The position numbers and the translations under genes were made by a program. DNA of 64,000 nt, taken from the NCBI RefSeq assembly GCF_006345805.1, contig NW_021832715.1, positions 1 to 64,000 of the forward strand. The letters run 5' to 3'. The notes under the pieces were generated by a model that did no database searches, was not told the DNA's origin, and saw nothing but the letters and a program-made list of their open reading frames with translations. How positions within the stretch are numbered: position 1 is the stretch's first letter; each line of letters opens with the position of its first letter. Below are positions 24,946 through 36,657 of the stretch, in pieces. Origin of the DNA: Octopus sinensis. Lineage: Eukaryota.

Positions 24946-25197
24946 TGGCATAGTGGTTAAGAGCGTGGGCTACTAATTCCAAGATTCCGAGTTTGATTCC
25001 AGGCAGTGACCTGAATAATTATAATAATAATGATAATAATAATCATAATAATATTGAAAAATACTTTAAGAATGAGAACCCAGGTTCAAAATTTCCTCAA
25101 GGCACCTAATGAAGGCTGGAGGGTATATCAACCGAAACATTGTCTTAACAACAAATAAGATGAGGACAAATATCCATCAAATGTAAATAATGTAATT
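24946..25197 (+). mobile_element. tRNA-headed SINE with (AAT)n linker and a Penelope-like 3' end containing a degenerate hammerhead fold
   Basis: A-box TGGCATAGTGG (24946), B-box-like GAGTTTGATTCC (24989); CAC-CTAATGA-A-GGCTG-loop-CAACC-GAAAC-ATT at 25103-25141. Confidence 0.65.
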
Positions 25198-26734
25198 AAC
25201 TTGGTGACTTATTTGGGATACGCCTGTCCAAATTAACAAGATCAAGGAAAACTGATTGTCTAAGAATGAGAAAAGGAATATTTTTACTCTAATAGCCATT
25301 TAGGTTTCTTCTGACCAAAGCAGTGTCTGAGAGGAGGCGAAAAAACTATTGAATTGTAAGTGGCAGGATATGTAAATGTGTTTCACTGTGCAAGCAGTGT
25401 CTTTTTGTTTCTTATGTAAAAAACATGTCTGGTCATGGGGAAATATTAGCTTTCTTGGAAACAAGTGAGGGTTGGTGACAAGAAAGGCATTCAGCTGTAG
25501 AAAATCTACCTCAACAGATTGCATTCTAACACATGCAAGCATAGAAAAGTGGCTGTTAAGATGATGATAATGATGATATAGGTAGGGTATGAATATGAAA
25601 ACAGCATAATAACTGGAGCATGAGTTATGATTAAAAATCATGACAACCATGAAAAAAACTTTTCATGTCATTGTTTGCTACTTTATGTATAATTTGAAAA
25701 AAAAAAAAAAAAAAAAAGCCCTGTTAAATGCAGCCCACACCCTACACAACGTGCTTTCACTTCAATAGCACAATTTGTATAGTACTTTCTCTGCACAGAA
25801 CACATCTACCATACAATGCCACTCAATAAAATATTGACTCACGCAACACATTCAGTACAGAATCACCACCAATATGATACAAAGCACACTCTGTGCAATC
25901 ACCACCCAGTGAAATAACAGAAAATGCTATTACGTAATCAGTACCTCAACGCCATAACACATAATAACACAGCACATACTTTACACACTCAACACCCAAA
26001 TCTAAAACATGTAACACAACTCACGCAACATATACGATAGCCAATCATCTCCACCCCATAAAATAACACCACATATTCTTACATAATCGATACCTGATAC
26101 TATAACATCAACAACTCCCGTTTTATATGGGTTCCCAACCATTAATATAATGTAATAAAGCAACAAAACAGCACAACACACACACACAAACACACATTGC
26201 ACACATTCTACACAAAAGAAAGAAATACTAAAATAACACCTGTAATAACAAAACAAATTCCACAACAAAGCAAAAACTGGTGTAACATACAAACATAGTA
26301 TTTCACCTGCAACAGACAATGCTGCACACACCCGAGGAAAATGGAGCAGCACCTGGTGGTGCAGTTGAAACTCACATAAAACTTGAAAACCTGAAGATGA
26401 TGATGATAATTTCATACAAAAGAGGCAGACAATCTGGTTGCTAGCTTCTTTTCGTGCTTCCCTTTATAATTTCTTTTCAATTTTTTGTCTTGTCTTTGTT
26501 TCTCATTAGTGCTTTCTTTTTTCTGGCTTTTCTCTCTTTCTTTTTTTTTGTTTTTCTCGCTTCATTTTTTTCTCACTTTCATCTACTCTCTCCCACTTCC
26601 TTCAGTCTTTCTCTCTTTTCATTCGTCTTGCTTGTTTGTCTAACCCTCTTTATGGCATTTCTCTATTCCTGACTCCTTTCTGTTTTTAAATGACATCATT
26701 TAGATGTTTGGTATTAAAGTGAAATAATTATACA

Positions 26735-26912
26735 GCTATAGATGCAGGCATGCCTGCGTAATAGGAAGCTTGCTTCCCTACCACATGGTTCGGGGCCCAG
26801 TCCCACTGCATAGCACCTTGAGCAAGTGTCTTCAGCTATATATAGCCTTGGGCCAACCAAAAGCCTTGTGAGTGGATTTGGTAGACAGAAACTGAAAGAA
26901 GCCAGTTACATA
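26735..26912 (+). mobile_element. SINE family 1, 5' half
   Basis: Head and body run up to the (TA)n tract. Confidence 0.8.
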
Positions 26913-26946
26913 TATATATATATATATATAATATATATATATATAT

Positions 26947-27212
26947 ATAGAATGGTTGTATACTGTCAATCTAACGTGACCGTGACAGTAGGGGATTATA
27001 CCACCGCTGTTTAGCCTAGGAAGCATCGACGCTTCCTGATGGCTTCGCCACATCTTTTTTGTCCTGTGTTCTTATATATTTACAAAGGACACAGGAAAAA
27101 AAAAATGTGTTGAAGCCATCAGGAAGCTTCGATACTTCCTTGGGCTAAACAGTGGTGGTGTAATCTCCTACTGTCACGTTCACGTTAGATTGACAGTATA
27201 CAGCCATTCTAT
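26947..27212. repeat. 266-bp foldback hairpin (MITE-like)
   Basis: ATAGAATGGTTGTATACTGTCAATCTAACG... pairs with ...CGTTAGATTGACAGTATACAGCCATTCTAT; arms of about 120 bp, short AT-rich loop. Confidence 0.9.
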
Positions 27213-27261
27213 CGCTCCACCACCGTACGTATCTCTATGGGATATTTAGAAATTTAATATT

Positions 27262-27305
<44 letters not shown>

Positions 27306-27364
27306 TTTGTTTAACTGAAACTCCTTTAGGTGGTGCCCTAGCATGGCCACAGTCAGATGACTGA

Positions 27365-27404
<40 letters not shown>

Positions 27405-27897
27405 GCACACACACACATTTTGTTTAACTGAAACTCCTTAAGGTGGTGCTCTAGCATGGCCACAGTCAAATGACTGGAACAAGTAAAATAATAAAGAATA
27501 AAGAAAATCAATAAAAAGAAGTCACTTCCCATAAAGCATCTTGGAAGATTTCCAGAACATGTATGTACAGTGGCTATGGATACAATAAGTTAAGAACCTA
27601 TACATCACCTCAGTATAAAGTGTTCATATTTCTAGAAACATTTGAAATATTGAAAACTGTAAAACATTTGGCAAGTATAAGAGACCTAAATTTATAGAAT
27701 TTTTGGCAGATGTTTAACCCTTTAGCATTTAAACAGAGCATACTTTGCCTAACCTGTTTAAGTTTGAACTGACCAGATCAAGCTTATCACACCTACTCTA
27801 CAATGTCATACTAAAAATAAACATCATCACTGAAATCTTGAAGCTGCAAACTAATATATAATATATTGTAAACAATGTAAAGAAATAAAAATTACGT

Positions 27898-28215
27898 CAT
27901 CATCATTGTTCGACCGTGGTCGAGACAATAGAATCTACCATGCTACACCAGACTTCACGGTCCATCATAGCATTACGAAGGTCCTGTTGCTGGATGCCTG
28001 TATCCCTGGAGATTACATCAGGGTAGGAGAGTGTGCACCCTCTGGTATCGCAAGCAGATGGCTTCCAGAGGAGAAGAGTAGAAATTACCTTGTTTTCAGC
28101 TCTAAACAATGTCCAGCAAACTGGACTCTTCTACCTTTCACAAGAGATGATACAGGTGGTAATTTCCCATATATTTCTACTTTGGTTGGATGATGCTTCC
28201 ATGAGAGATTTTGTA
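27898..28215 (-). pseudogene. RTE-type LINE 3' end nested in a MITE family B copy (27714 to about 28255)
   Basis: Minus-strand frame ...RRVQFAGHC(F)RAENKVISTLLLWKP...LSYPDVISRDTGIQQQDLRNAMMDREVW...* then an (ATG)n tail; the flanks rejoin as MITE B. Confidence 0.8.
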
Positions 28216-28584
28216 AAAATTACACCTGTCAGAGTAATCTGAATGCTAAAGGGTTGGTGTACTAAAAGCTATGAAAGCATGCCAGCACAACAGGTAAGAA
28301 GCCTTAAATGAAAAGGAAGATTTTTAGAATACTTTTAATGTCGTCAGCATTGTTGTATTAAGGATCACTTTTCCATGCTTGCATGAGTTAAATGGAATTT
28401 GCTGAGGCAGATGCCCTTCCTGTTATTAACCCACTTGTTTCTGAGCAAGTTAATCTTTCTCCATGACCAGACAGGTTTTCTCAAAAGACTTGAAACAAAT
28501 GACATACTTTGTATGATGGTCAACACTCCTTTACAACTACCATACAATGTTATAACAAGGAAGCCTAATCACACATACTCACCT

Positions 28585-28610
28585 ACACACACACACACAC
28601 ACACACACAC

Positions 28611-28655
<45 letters not shown>

Positions 28656-29045
28656 ATATATGTATATATATATATGTATACATATATGTATATATATATG
28701 TATATATATATGTGTATATATATGTGTATATATATATGTGTATATATATATGTGTATATATATATGTGTATATGTGTATATATATATGTGTATATATATA
28801 TGTGTATATATATGTGTGTATATATATATGTGTGTATATATATATGTGTGTATATATATATGTGTGTATATATATATGTGTGTGTATATATATATGTGTG
28901 TGTATATATATATATGTGTGTATATATATATATATGTGTGTGTATATATATATATATATGTGTGTATATATATATATATATGTGTGTATATATATATGTG
29001 TGTATATATATATATATATGTGTATATATATGTATATATATGTAT
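28585..29045. repeat. (CA)n then (TA/TG) compound microsatellite
   Basis: Directly visible. Confidence 0.95.
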
Positions 29046-29173
29046 TAAAAACTATAAAATATAGTGATATAAAAAAGGCCTAACTCTTTTGGAAGATTTC
29101 TGGAACATATCTGTGTTAAAACTATAAACTTTACTAATCTTTTACTAGTTCTTATCATTGGGTTGCAGCCATG

Positions 29174-29397
29174 TTAACCTTTTGATACTAACCCGGCTGA
29201 AACTGCCTCTGGCTCTAAAATGTCTTGTTTTTAAAAGTTCTGAATTAAAATCTTCCACCAAACCTTAGTCACAATTTATGTTCCAGCTTAAGTTATTATT
29301 AATAACTAAGCTATTTTGCTAAATTCTTTGTTGTATTTAAAATTAATTGAAAAAAACACAGAGCATCTCAAGATAAATAAGGTAACGAAAGGGTTAA
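29174..29397. mobile_element. TTAA-flanked piggyBac-type MITE family A
   Basis: TTAA-CCTTTTGATAC...GGTAACGAAAGGG-TTAA terminal inverted repeats. Confidence 0.85.
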
Positions 29398-29417
29398 GGT
29401 ACAACCTTCAGTGGTCG

Positions 29418-29690
29418 ATATTTGACTTGACTTTGACTTCAGACAGCATTCACCCGGGATGGGTTGAGCTGGCTTCATTCATCCTCAATGCTGCATCTCT
29501 CACAAACGCTGACCAGAACTGGCGATTTGAGGCTAACGACCGCGTGATCTCCAACCACTCCTTATTCCAGTGGCAAACGCCGTAGATATGGGGGCCTAGG
29601 TTGGGTTCCAGATCAGCCTTTACCCTCATCAGCTAGGTTTTTCGTTGTCTACCACATCACTTTTGCCAACCCTGAAGGGGAGCTGGGGCA
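29418..29690 (-). pseudogene. RTE-type LINE 3' end (different family) with (CAAGT)n-like tail
   Basis: GRQRKT*LMRVKADLEPNLGPHIYGVCHWNKEWLEITRSLASNRQFWSAFVRDA...STHPG* resembles RTE ORF C-termini. Confidence 0.7.
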
Positions 29691-30055
29691 ATTGCTTCGT
29701 AGATGAAATATAGACCATCTACGAAGGTCTATATTTCATATCGTCCCATCATTGAACCTGATAACTGTTTTAACAATCTCTATCAAATACTCAAATCAAT
29801 CGTTGGTGTAATTTTTACTTAAAATGTACTTTTGGTCAATGTACAAACTTTGCATACCATATCATATGTGGTTCATTCTCACTGTGTAGCAATTTCTATA
29901 CCCTCGGGCTGAACAAAATCTTTGTGAGAGATTTTGGTAGAAAGAAACTGAAAGAAGCCTCTGTGTGTGGGGGGAGTACATATAATATTTATGTCTGTGT
30001 ATGTATCTCCTTGTCTTGACATCTTGTGGTAGTTGTAAGTGCCAACATTAATTCA

Positions 30056-30445
30056 TGGAGTGGCTGTATGGTAAGTAGCTTGCTTACCAACCACATGGTT
30101 CTGGGTTCAGTCCCACTGCATGGCACTTTGAGCGTCTTCTACTATAGCCTCAGGCCGACCAAAGCCTTATGAGTGGATTTTGTAAACGGAAACTGAAAGA
30201 AGCCCATCGTATATATGCATATATGTGTGTGTATATGTTTGTGTGTCTGTGTTTGTCCCCAACATCACTTGACAACCGCTGCTGGTGTCTTTACGTCCCG
30301 TAACTTAGCGGTTCGGCTAAAGAGACCGATAGAATAAGTACTAGGCTTACAAAGAATGAGTCCTGGGGGTCGATTTGCTTGATTAAAGGCGGTGCTCCAG
30401 CATGGCTACAGTCAAATAACTGAAACAAGTTAAAGAATAAAGAGT
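30056..30445 (+). mobile_element. SINE family 1, near full length
   Basis: Aligns to 69-477. Confidence 0.9.
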
Positions 30446-30711
30446 AATTCTCCAGAAAAACAAGTCATGCGAAAATATTGTAATTGGAAACAGTTGGGAG
30501 TTGATAACAGAAAGGGCATTCAGCAGTAAAAAAAAATCTCAACAAATTCCATTTGACCAATGCAAGCCTGGTAAAAATGGGTGTTAAAACCTGATAACCA
30601 CAGCCTTTCTCTCAGTTTCTCTCTATCAAATTGAAGTTTCAAAGTACTGGCCAATTTCAGGTTATAGTTGAACCTGAAACCACATGGTTGTTAAGCTAAC
30701 TTTGAACCTAT

Positions 30712-30880
30712 TTCTTTACTACCCACAAGGGGCTAAACACAGAGAGGACAAACAAGGACAGACAAACAGATTAAGTCGATCATATTGACCCCAGTGCGTA
30801 ACTGGTACTTGTTTAATCAACCCTGAAAGGATGAAAGGCAAAGTCGACCTTGGCGGAATTTGAACTCAGAAAGCCAGACC
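30712..30880 (-). mobile_element. SINE family 3, 3' part
   Basis: Matches 40876-41104. Confidence 0.85.
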
Positions 30881-31402
30881 TTTGCATATAAGATTTCCAG
30901 AGCTTGCTCAAAGAATAATAACAGTGAAAAAAAAAAAAAAAAAAGAAAATCACCAAACAGTAATAGAAACGCACTTATTTTCTGGTGTCTGACTTAACTG
31001 GAAAGGTGGAATGAAATTATATTTAAGTTATGTAGGAATGATGTCACATAACTTTTCCATCTTACTACTTCTCAATGTGTGTGCACTTGGCTGTGCGTGT
31101 GCATGCTTGCTTTTGTATGTGTATGTTTGTGTTCTTGTGTGTGTGTATGTTGGTCTGTGAATGTGCTTCCTTGTCTGTTTGTGTGTGTGTGTGCTTGCTT
31201 GTTTGTGAGAGTATGTTTGTGCCTCCCTGTCTGCATACGTGTATGTGTGCTTACGTGTATACGATTGTTTGCCTGTCTGTATGTGTCTATCTGTGTATGT
31301 GTCTGCATCAGTTTGTGTGTGTATGTGTGTGTGTCTGTCTCTCTCTCTCTCTATTTGTGTATGTGTGGTCTAGCATTAGTTTGTGTAGAGAATCTTTCTT
31401 AC

Positions 31403-31509
31403 CATAACAGCATCTCATCTATTTTTCTAATTGGTTTTCCAAACGGTATCAGCTTTCTCGACTTGAAACACCTCCTCCCATCCCACCTCCTGTACTGATT
31501 GACTATGAA
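31403..31509 (-). CDS. Candidate 107-nt exon FIVNQYRRWDGRRCFKSRKLIPFGKPIRKIDEMLL
   Basis: Acceptor ctactttcctcacacAG, strong donor TG|GTAAGA; only one frame is open through the donor. Confidence 0.3.
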
Positions 31510-32160
31510 CTGTGTGAGGAAAGTAGATGGGGGAGTGATTGACCAAGAAGAGAAAGAGGAAGAGTGAGTGAGAAGATGATATATCAAGGAGTTTGCCATA
31601 ATGACCTTTCACTTAGGTGTTGACTTTAATATACTTTATTTTTGTTTATTTACAAGCTAAGCTGTTTGTGTGTATTTATTTATTCATTTATTTATTTATA
31701 TAACTGAGACAATGTGCTTGTGGATAAGTTGTGAACAAATTTACACGTGTACATTCAATAAACATACATTTAATGCTGCTGTGTAAGTAGACCCTGGGGT
31801 TAAAACCACAAGACCTTCTCTGTAGAATTAAGTGTATATCATCTTGACTAGTTTCTGCCTGTTTTTACAAGCCAGTCAGAAGTGTTAACTTGATTGGTTT
31901 TATAGGGAAACAGAGAGAGAGAGAAAGATCAGAGCTTACAGCTACTTATGAAAAACGCTGTGAACAATTGGCACTGATTTTGCTCATAAGTACAAGCTGC
32001 ATCATTCAGCCAGGGCATTGTCTTTGTAGAGTGAGGATAAATTCTTTTTTGTTAAATATGTAATTTTATTTACAACATAGATGTGTGTGTGTGTGTGTGT
32101 GTGTGTGGTATATCTTCTCAAAAGTCAAACCATGAAATAATCTATATTTACATTCTTCTT

Positions 32161-32663
32161 TGGCCCACACTGAGACTCTAATGATTATATTTATTACAGT
32201 TTTTAATTTATGGCAGAGGTTGTTTCATAATTATGAGTCCTTGATACACAATGTAGACTATATTTATTCAGTGTATAAAGTTTGTGAGCCATTTCGTTGC
32301 TACCCAGTTCATTACCCAAAGAGATCCTAGACAAAATTCCATGCAATATTTATCACAAAGTATAAAGCAGTCGGGAGTAGATAGTCATTTACATACCCAT
32401 GGCAGAGAAGCTGGCCCACACTGAGACTCTAATGATTATATTTATTACAGTTTTTAATTTATGGCAGAGGTTGTTTCATAATTATGAGTCCTTGATACAC
32501 AATGTAGACTATATTTATTCAGTGTATAAAGTTTGTGAGCCATTTCGTTGCTACCCAGTTCATTACCCAAAGAGATCCTAGACAAAATTCCATGCAATAT
32601 TTATCACAAAGTATAAAGCAGTCGGGAGTAGATAGTCATTTACATACCCATGGCAGAGAAGCT
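32161..32663. repeat. Head-to-tail duplication of 251 bp
   Basis: 32161-32411 and 32412-32662 look identical on reading. Confidence 0.95.
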
Positions 32664-32664
32664 A

Positions 32665-32699
<35 letters not shown>

Positions 32700-32956
32700 A
32701 CTCCAAGAAAGTTAGGGGTTGTGAATCCAACCCACTAAGGGATAATATCTATCCAATATACTGCCGGTAGAATACCCAATTTTTAATATTCAAGTGTTTT
32801 TTTGCATTGCAATTACATTACCTTGTGTATTAAATGGGTGAAGGTAAAGAGATATTTTACATTAATTTATATAGCAATAAGGAAATGGAGGGGATCAATA
32901 GGGGGTTCATCAACTTTTGGACATCACCTATTGCTCTCCTCCATTTTCTTATTTGC

Positions 32957-32959
32957 TAT

Positions 32960-32991
<32 letters not shown>

Positions 32992-33345
32992 ATATATATA
33001 AGTCAAGTTGGTGTGTCTGTCTCCGATTTAGATTCCTAACTACTCCCACATTTTGCGGTGCATATCGGCCCTTCTGGGTATTAGCCATTTCTACGATGAG
33101 TCAACGATTTAAAAAGAAATTTACCATAATTTTTTTCCATTTTAATGCATTTTTTTCGCTATTATATAAGGGAAGTAACTCTCTAAAAATATCTACGATG
33201 AGTCACCGATTTAAAAAAAAATTTACCATCATTTTTTTCCCATTTTTAATGCATTTTTTTGCTTTTTTTTTGGCTATAACTCTCTAAAAATGCTTATATA
33301 GTTATTTCCCTTACAAACCCGAGCAACGCCGGGCAATACTGCTAG
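32957..33345 (+). mobile_element. Non-autonomous Helitron-like element with an internal duplication of about 105 bp
   Basis: 3' end CCCGAGCAACGCCGGG-CAATACTG-CTAG|T; 5' end embedded in (TA)n. Confidence 0.75.
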
Positions 33346-33370
33346 TATATTATATATATATATGGTACAG

Positions 33371-33423
33371 AATGACAGCAATAAGAAAGAGGTTATGCAT
33401 GAAATTGAATTACTGGCCACCAG
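33371..33423 (+). CDS. Candidate exon NDSNKKEVMHEIELLAT(R)
   Basis: tacAG acceptor whose pyrimidine tract is split by the Helitron; CAG|GTATTG donor. Confidence 0.2.
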
Positions 33424-33935
33424 GTATTGCCACCAAACCCTCCACATTTGTTTTTCCATGCTGACATAAGTTGCATGAGATTTTTACAGGCATTGTTTTA
33501 CAGCTAGATACCTTTTCTCATGACGATCCCTTTAGTCACTTCTTACAAAACACAGGATGTAATGTATCAATTCTAAACTTGACATACACATAAAGACACA
33601 AAAACTCTGTTGGTTGACCATATTATTATACTCATTGAACAATGCAGCAACCTTAACTAGATTTTTTTTCCCCATCCCTTAAGATTGTGTGGTTTACATT
33701 TTTCAAACGCCTTCATAGTTGAGGATTGTGTTGCCAACCACACAGTATTTAAGGTCATGGGGAAGTAATCTAATTTTCAAACACACAGCTCTTACAGACT
33801 TTACATGCTTATAACACAGGCATGTGTTAAAGACTTTGCAATTTTTGCACAAAGTTAAAATAAATGTATAAAGAAAATCTACTTAAAAAAAAATTTATTT
33901 CCAATAAAACATCTTGGGAGATTTCCAGAACATGT

Positions 33936-34410
33936 TTAACCTTATTGTTACCATATTTCTTATTTCTTTACTGCCCACAAGGGACTATACATAGAGGGGA
34001 CAAACAAGGACAGACAAAGGGATTAAGTCAATTACATTGATCCCCAGTGCGTAACTGGTACTGAATTTATCTACCCTGAAAGGATGAAAGGCAAAGTCAA
34101 CCTCGGCAGAATTTGAACTCAAAATGTAACGGCAGATAAAATACTGCTAAGCATTTCACCCAGTGTGCTAACATTTCTGCTGGCTCGCCGCCTTTTTGTT
34201 ACCATATTTCTGTTGAAATATTGTCTTTGTTTCAGTTCGTTTCCAAAATAAGGAATTTAGGAAAATATCTATTGTTAATAAACTGGAATTTGGAACGTAA
34301 ATTAACATGAGGTTTTGAAGGAAGATTTTAATTTAGATCACTTTTTAAAAACAAGAAGTTTGCCTTAGATCCAGGGGCTGTCTCAGGCAGATTGGTATCA
34401 CGAGGGTTAA
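33936..34410. mobile_element. MITE family A interrupted by SINE family 3 (33961-34195, minus strand) with a 16-bp TSD
   Basis: TSD TTGTTACCATATTTCT at 33945-33960 and 34196-34211; TTAA at both MITE ends. Confidence 0.85.
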
Positions 34411-34759
34411 GATACTATATACAGTGGCTGTAGATACAATGATTTCATAACTCCTGCAACATCTTATTAATATTTCAGTTTAAAGTGTTCATATTTCTAG
34501 AAATGTGTTTAGCCATTTCCTATGCCAACATGCTTCAGACCATCTTGATTCTGTGATACAAACTTCTTGCTTTAATGTGATCTAAATTAAAACCTTCCTT
34601 AAATTGTGTGGCACCTTGGGCAAGTGTCTTCCACTTTAGCCTCAGGCCATCCAAAGCCTTGTGAGTGGATTTGCTAGACGGAAACTGAAAGAAGCCCATC
34701 GTATATATGTATATATATATATATATATATATCCTTAAGACATGTCTTAAGGATGTATC

Positions 34760-35095
34760 ATGTGCGGGGACATAGAAATAATCGGACTGAATACCCGATC
34801 GCACGGTTAAACCATTGGGAGTGAAGGACTCCTAGCCTTTGTTAGGGCATCCTTCTAGGAGAAGGTAACTCAGGTAACTGGGATAATTCTGACATAAAAC
34901 CTGCGGCTCAGTGGTTACCGATGATGTTGACTTGTTCTTCTTTTCGGATTATGGCTGCTGTTGCTTAGTGAGTGGGATTGACTCAGTGCACAGCCTTTCC
35001 TCACTTTAAGAAAAAATCTTCATGCACAGGCATTGCACGATAACAACATTGATTAAGCTTCGTGCAATGGCCATACTCGATAACGAGGGGGAAGC
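34760..35095 (+). mobile_element. Probable retroelement fragment (resembles RTE 5' regions)
   Basis: Higher GC than its surroundings, CTAGGAGAAGGTAACTC...ATAAAACC motif; recognised from memory only. Confidence 0.3.
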
Positions 35096-35099
35096 CACC

Positions 35100-35582
35100 A
35101 CATATATATATATATAATATATATATAATATTATATATGTATATATGTGTGTTATATATTTTTATATATGTGTGTATATATGCATATATATATATGTATG
35201 TATATATGTGTGTATATATTTTTATATATGTGTGTATATGTGTGTATATATGTATGTATATATGTGTGTATATATTTTTATATATGTGTGTATATGTGTA
35301 TATATGTATATGTATATATATGTGTATATATGTATATGTATATGTATATATATGTGTATATATGTATATGTATATATATGTATATATATATGCATGTATA
35401 TATGTGTGTATATATGCATATATATATGTATGTATATATGTGTGTATATATGCATATATATATGTATGTATATAGTGTGTATATATGTATATATATGTAT
35501 ATATATATATGTATGTGTGTATATGTTTGTGTGTCTGTGTTTGTCCCCCTAACATCGCTTGACAATATATATATATATATAA

Positions 35583-35617
<35 letters not shown>

Positions 35618-35625
35618 AGCATAAA
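35100..35625. repeat. (TA/TG) compound microsatellite
   Basis: Directly visible. Confidence 0.95.
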
Positions 35626-36037
35626 AACCCTAAGTCTATAGGAAATGCATGTAAATACATGTTTTATCTGATATAGTTTGATGCTAATAGCAGGGCATTT
35701 ATGTATAGCAGGTTGTTGAAGTGACTGGATAAGCCTTTGAACTACTGGCTTACATGTCTCATTCATATTCACTGCACTTCCTTTTTGCTGCGTACCTGGG
35801 CAGAGCATTTACTTTTACCTGTCTTATTTCATTAACTTAGACATGTACTAGACTTTTTTCAAAGGATTAATCACTTACAGTAAAATAGTATTCTATCTAC
35901 AAGGAAGTTTATCTCTATGAACACTGGAGCTTACCACTAGATTTTGAGTAACTTGTGGTTTGCAAAAATATTAATCTGAATAGTAATAGTAACCAGGTAC
36001 CTGCCTTTCTCTCTTTTATACTAAAATTCATTTCAAG

Positions 36038-36139
36038 GAGTGGATCGTCTTTTATCGCAATCTAACAAATGAACGTCCTTATCAATGGCTTTTAAATGGT
36101 GCACTGGTACACCCCAGAAAGGACCTAGACATACCATAG
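36038..36139 (+). CDS. Candidate terminal exon EWIVFYRNLTNERPYQWLLNGALVHPRKDLDIP*
   Basis: Pyrimidine-rich acceptor ...tttcaAG, 33 open codons with protein-like composition, AATAAA at 36215-36220. Confidence 0.3.
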   Translation, partial: EWIVFYRNLTNERPYQWLLNGALVHPRKDLDIP

Positions 36140-36289
36140 ATTTTAAAAGATCCTAACTAATGCGTGATTGTCTTGAAAAATGAATTCATAATTTTTTTAT
36201 ACACAAATACAACAAATAAAACAAGATAAGCAATTATTTTTGGATATCATTTTGTTTCTGAATGTTTAACTTCAGAATATTTTTTTTTA

Positions 36290-36461
36290 TTCTTTTACTT
36301 GTTTCAGTCATTTGACTGCGACCACGTTGGAGCACTGCCTTTAGTCTAGCCTAGTACTTTATCGGTCTCTTTTGCTGAACGACTAAGTTACGGGGGGCAT
36401 AAAAAGACCAATATTGGTTGTCAAGTTGTCAAGCAATGGTGGAGAACAAACACACATACAA

Positions 36462-36511
<50 letters not shown>

Positions 36512-36657
36512 GATGGACTTCTTTCAGTTTCCGTCTACCATATCCACTCACAAGGCTTTGGTTAGTCCGAGGCTATAGTAGAAGACACTTGCCCAGGGTG
36601 CCACGCAGTGGGACTGAACCCGGAACCATGTGGTTGGGAAACAGCCACTCCTGTGCC
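36290..36657 (-). mobile_element. SINE family 1
   Basis: Aligns to family 1. Confidence 0.85.

Noticed and set aside
28399-29083. Long ORFs up to 221 aa rich in Y/I/C/V/H/T (also 6184-6591, 8298-8676, 18979-19432, 35001-35808)
   Set aside because: Dinucleotide microsatellites lack stop codons in most frames; not coding.
31449-31481. Minus-strand ATG GGA GGA GGT... (MGGGVSSRES), resembling a myristoylated N-terminus
   Set aside because: Stops after 10 codons; extending it would need an assumed sequencing indel.
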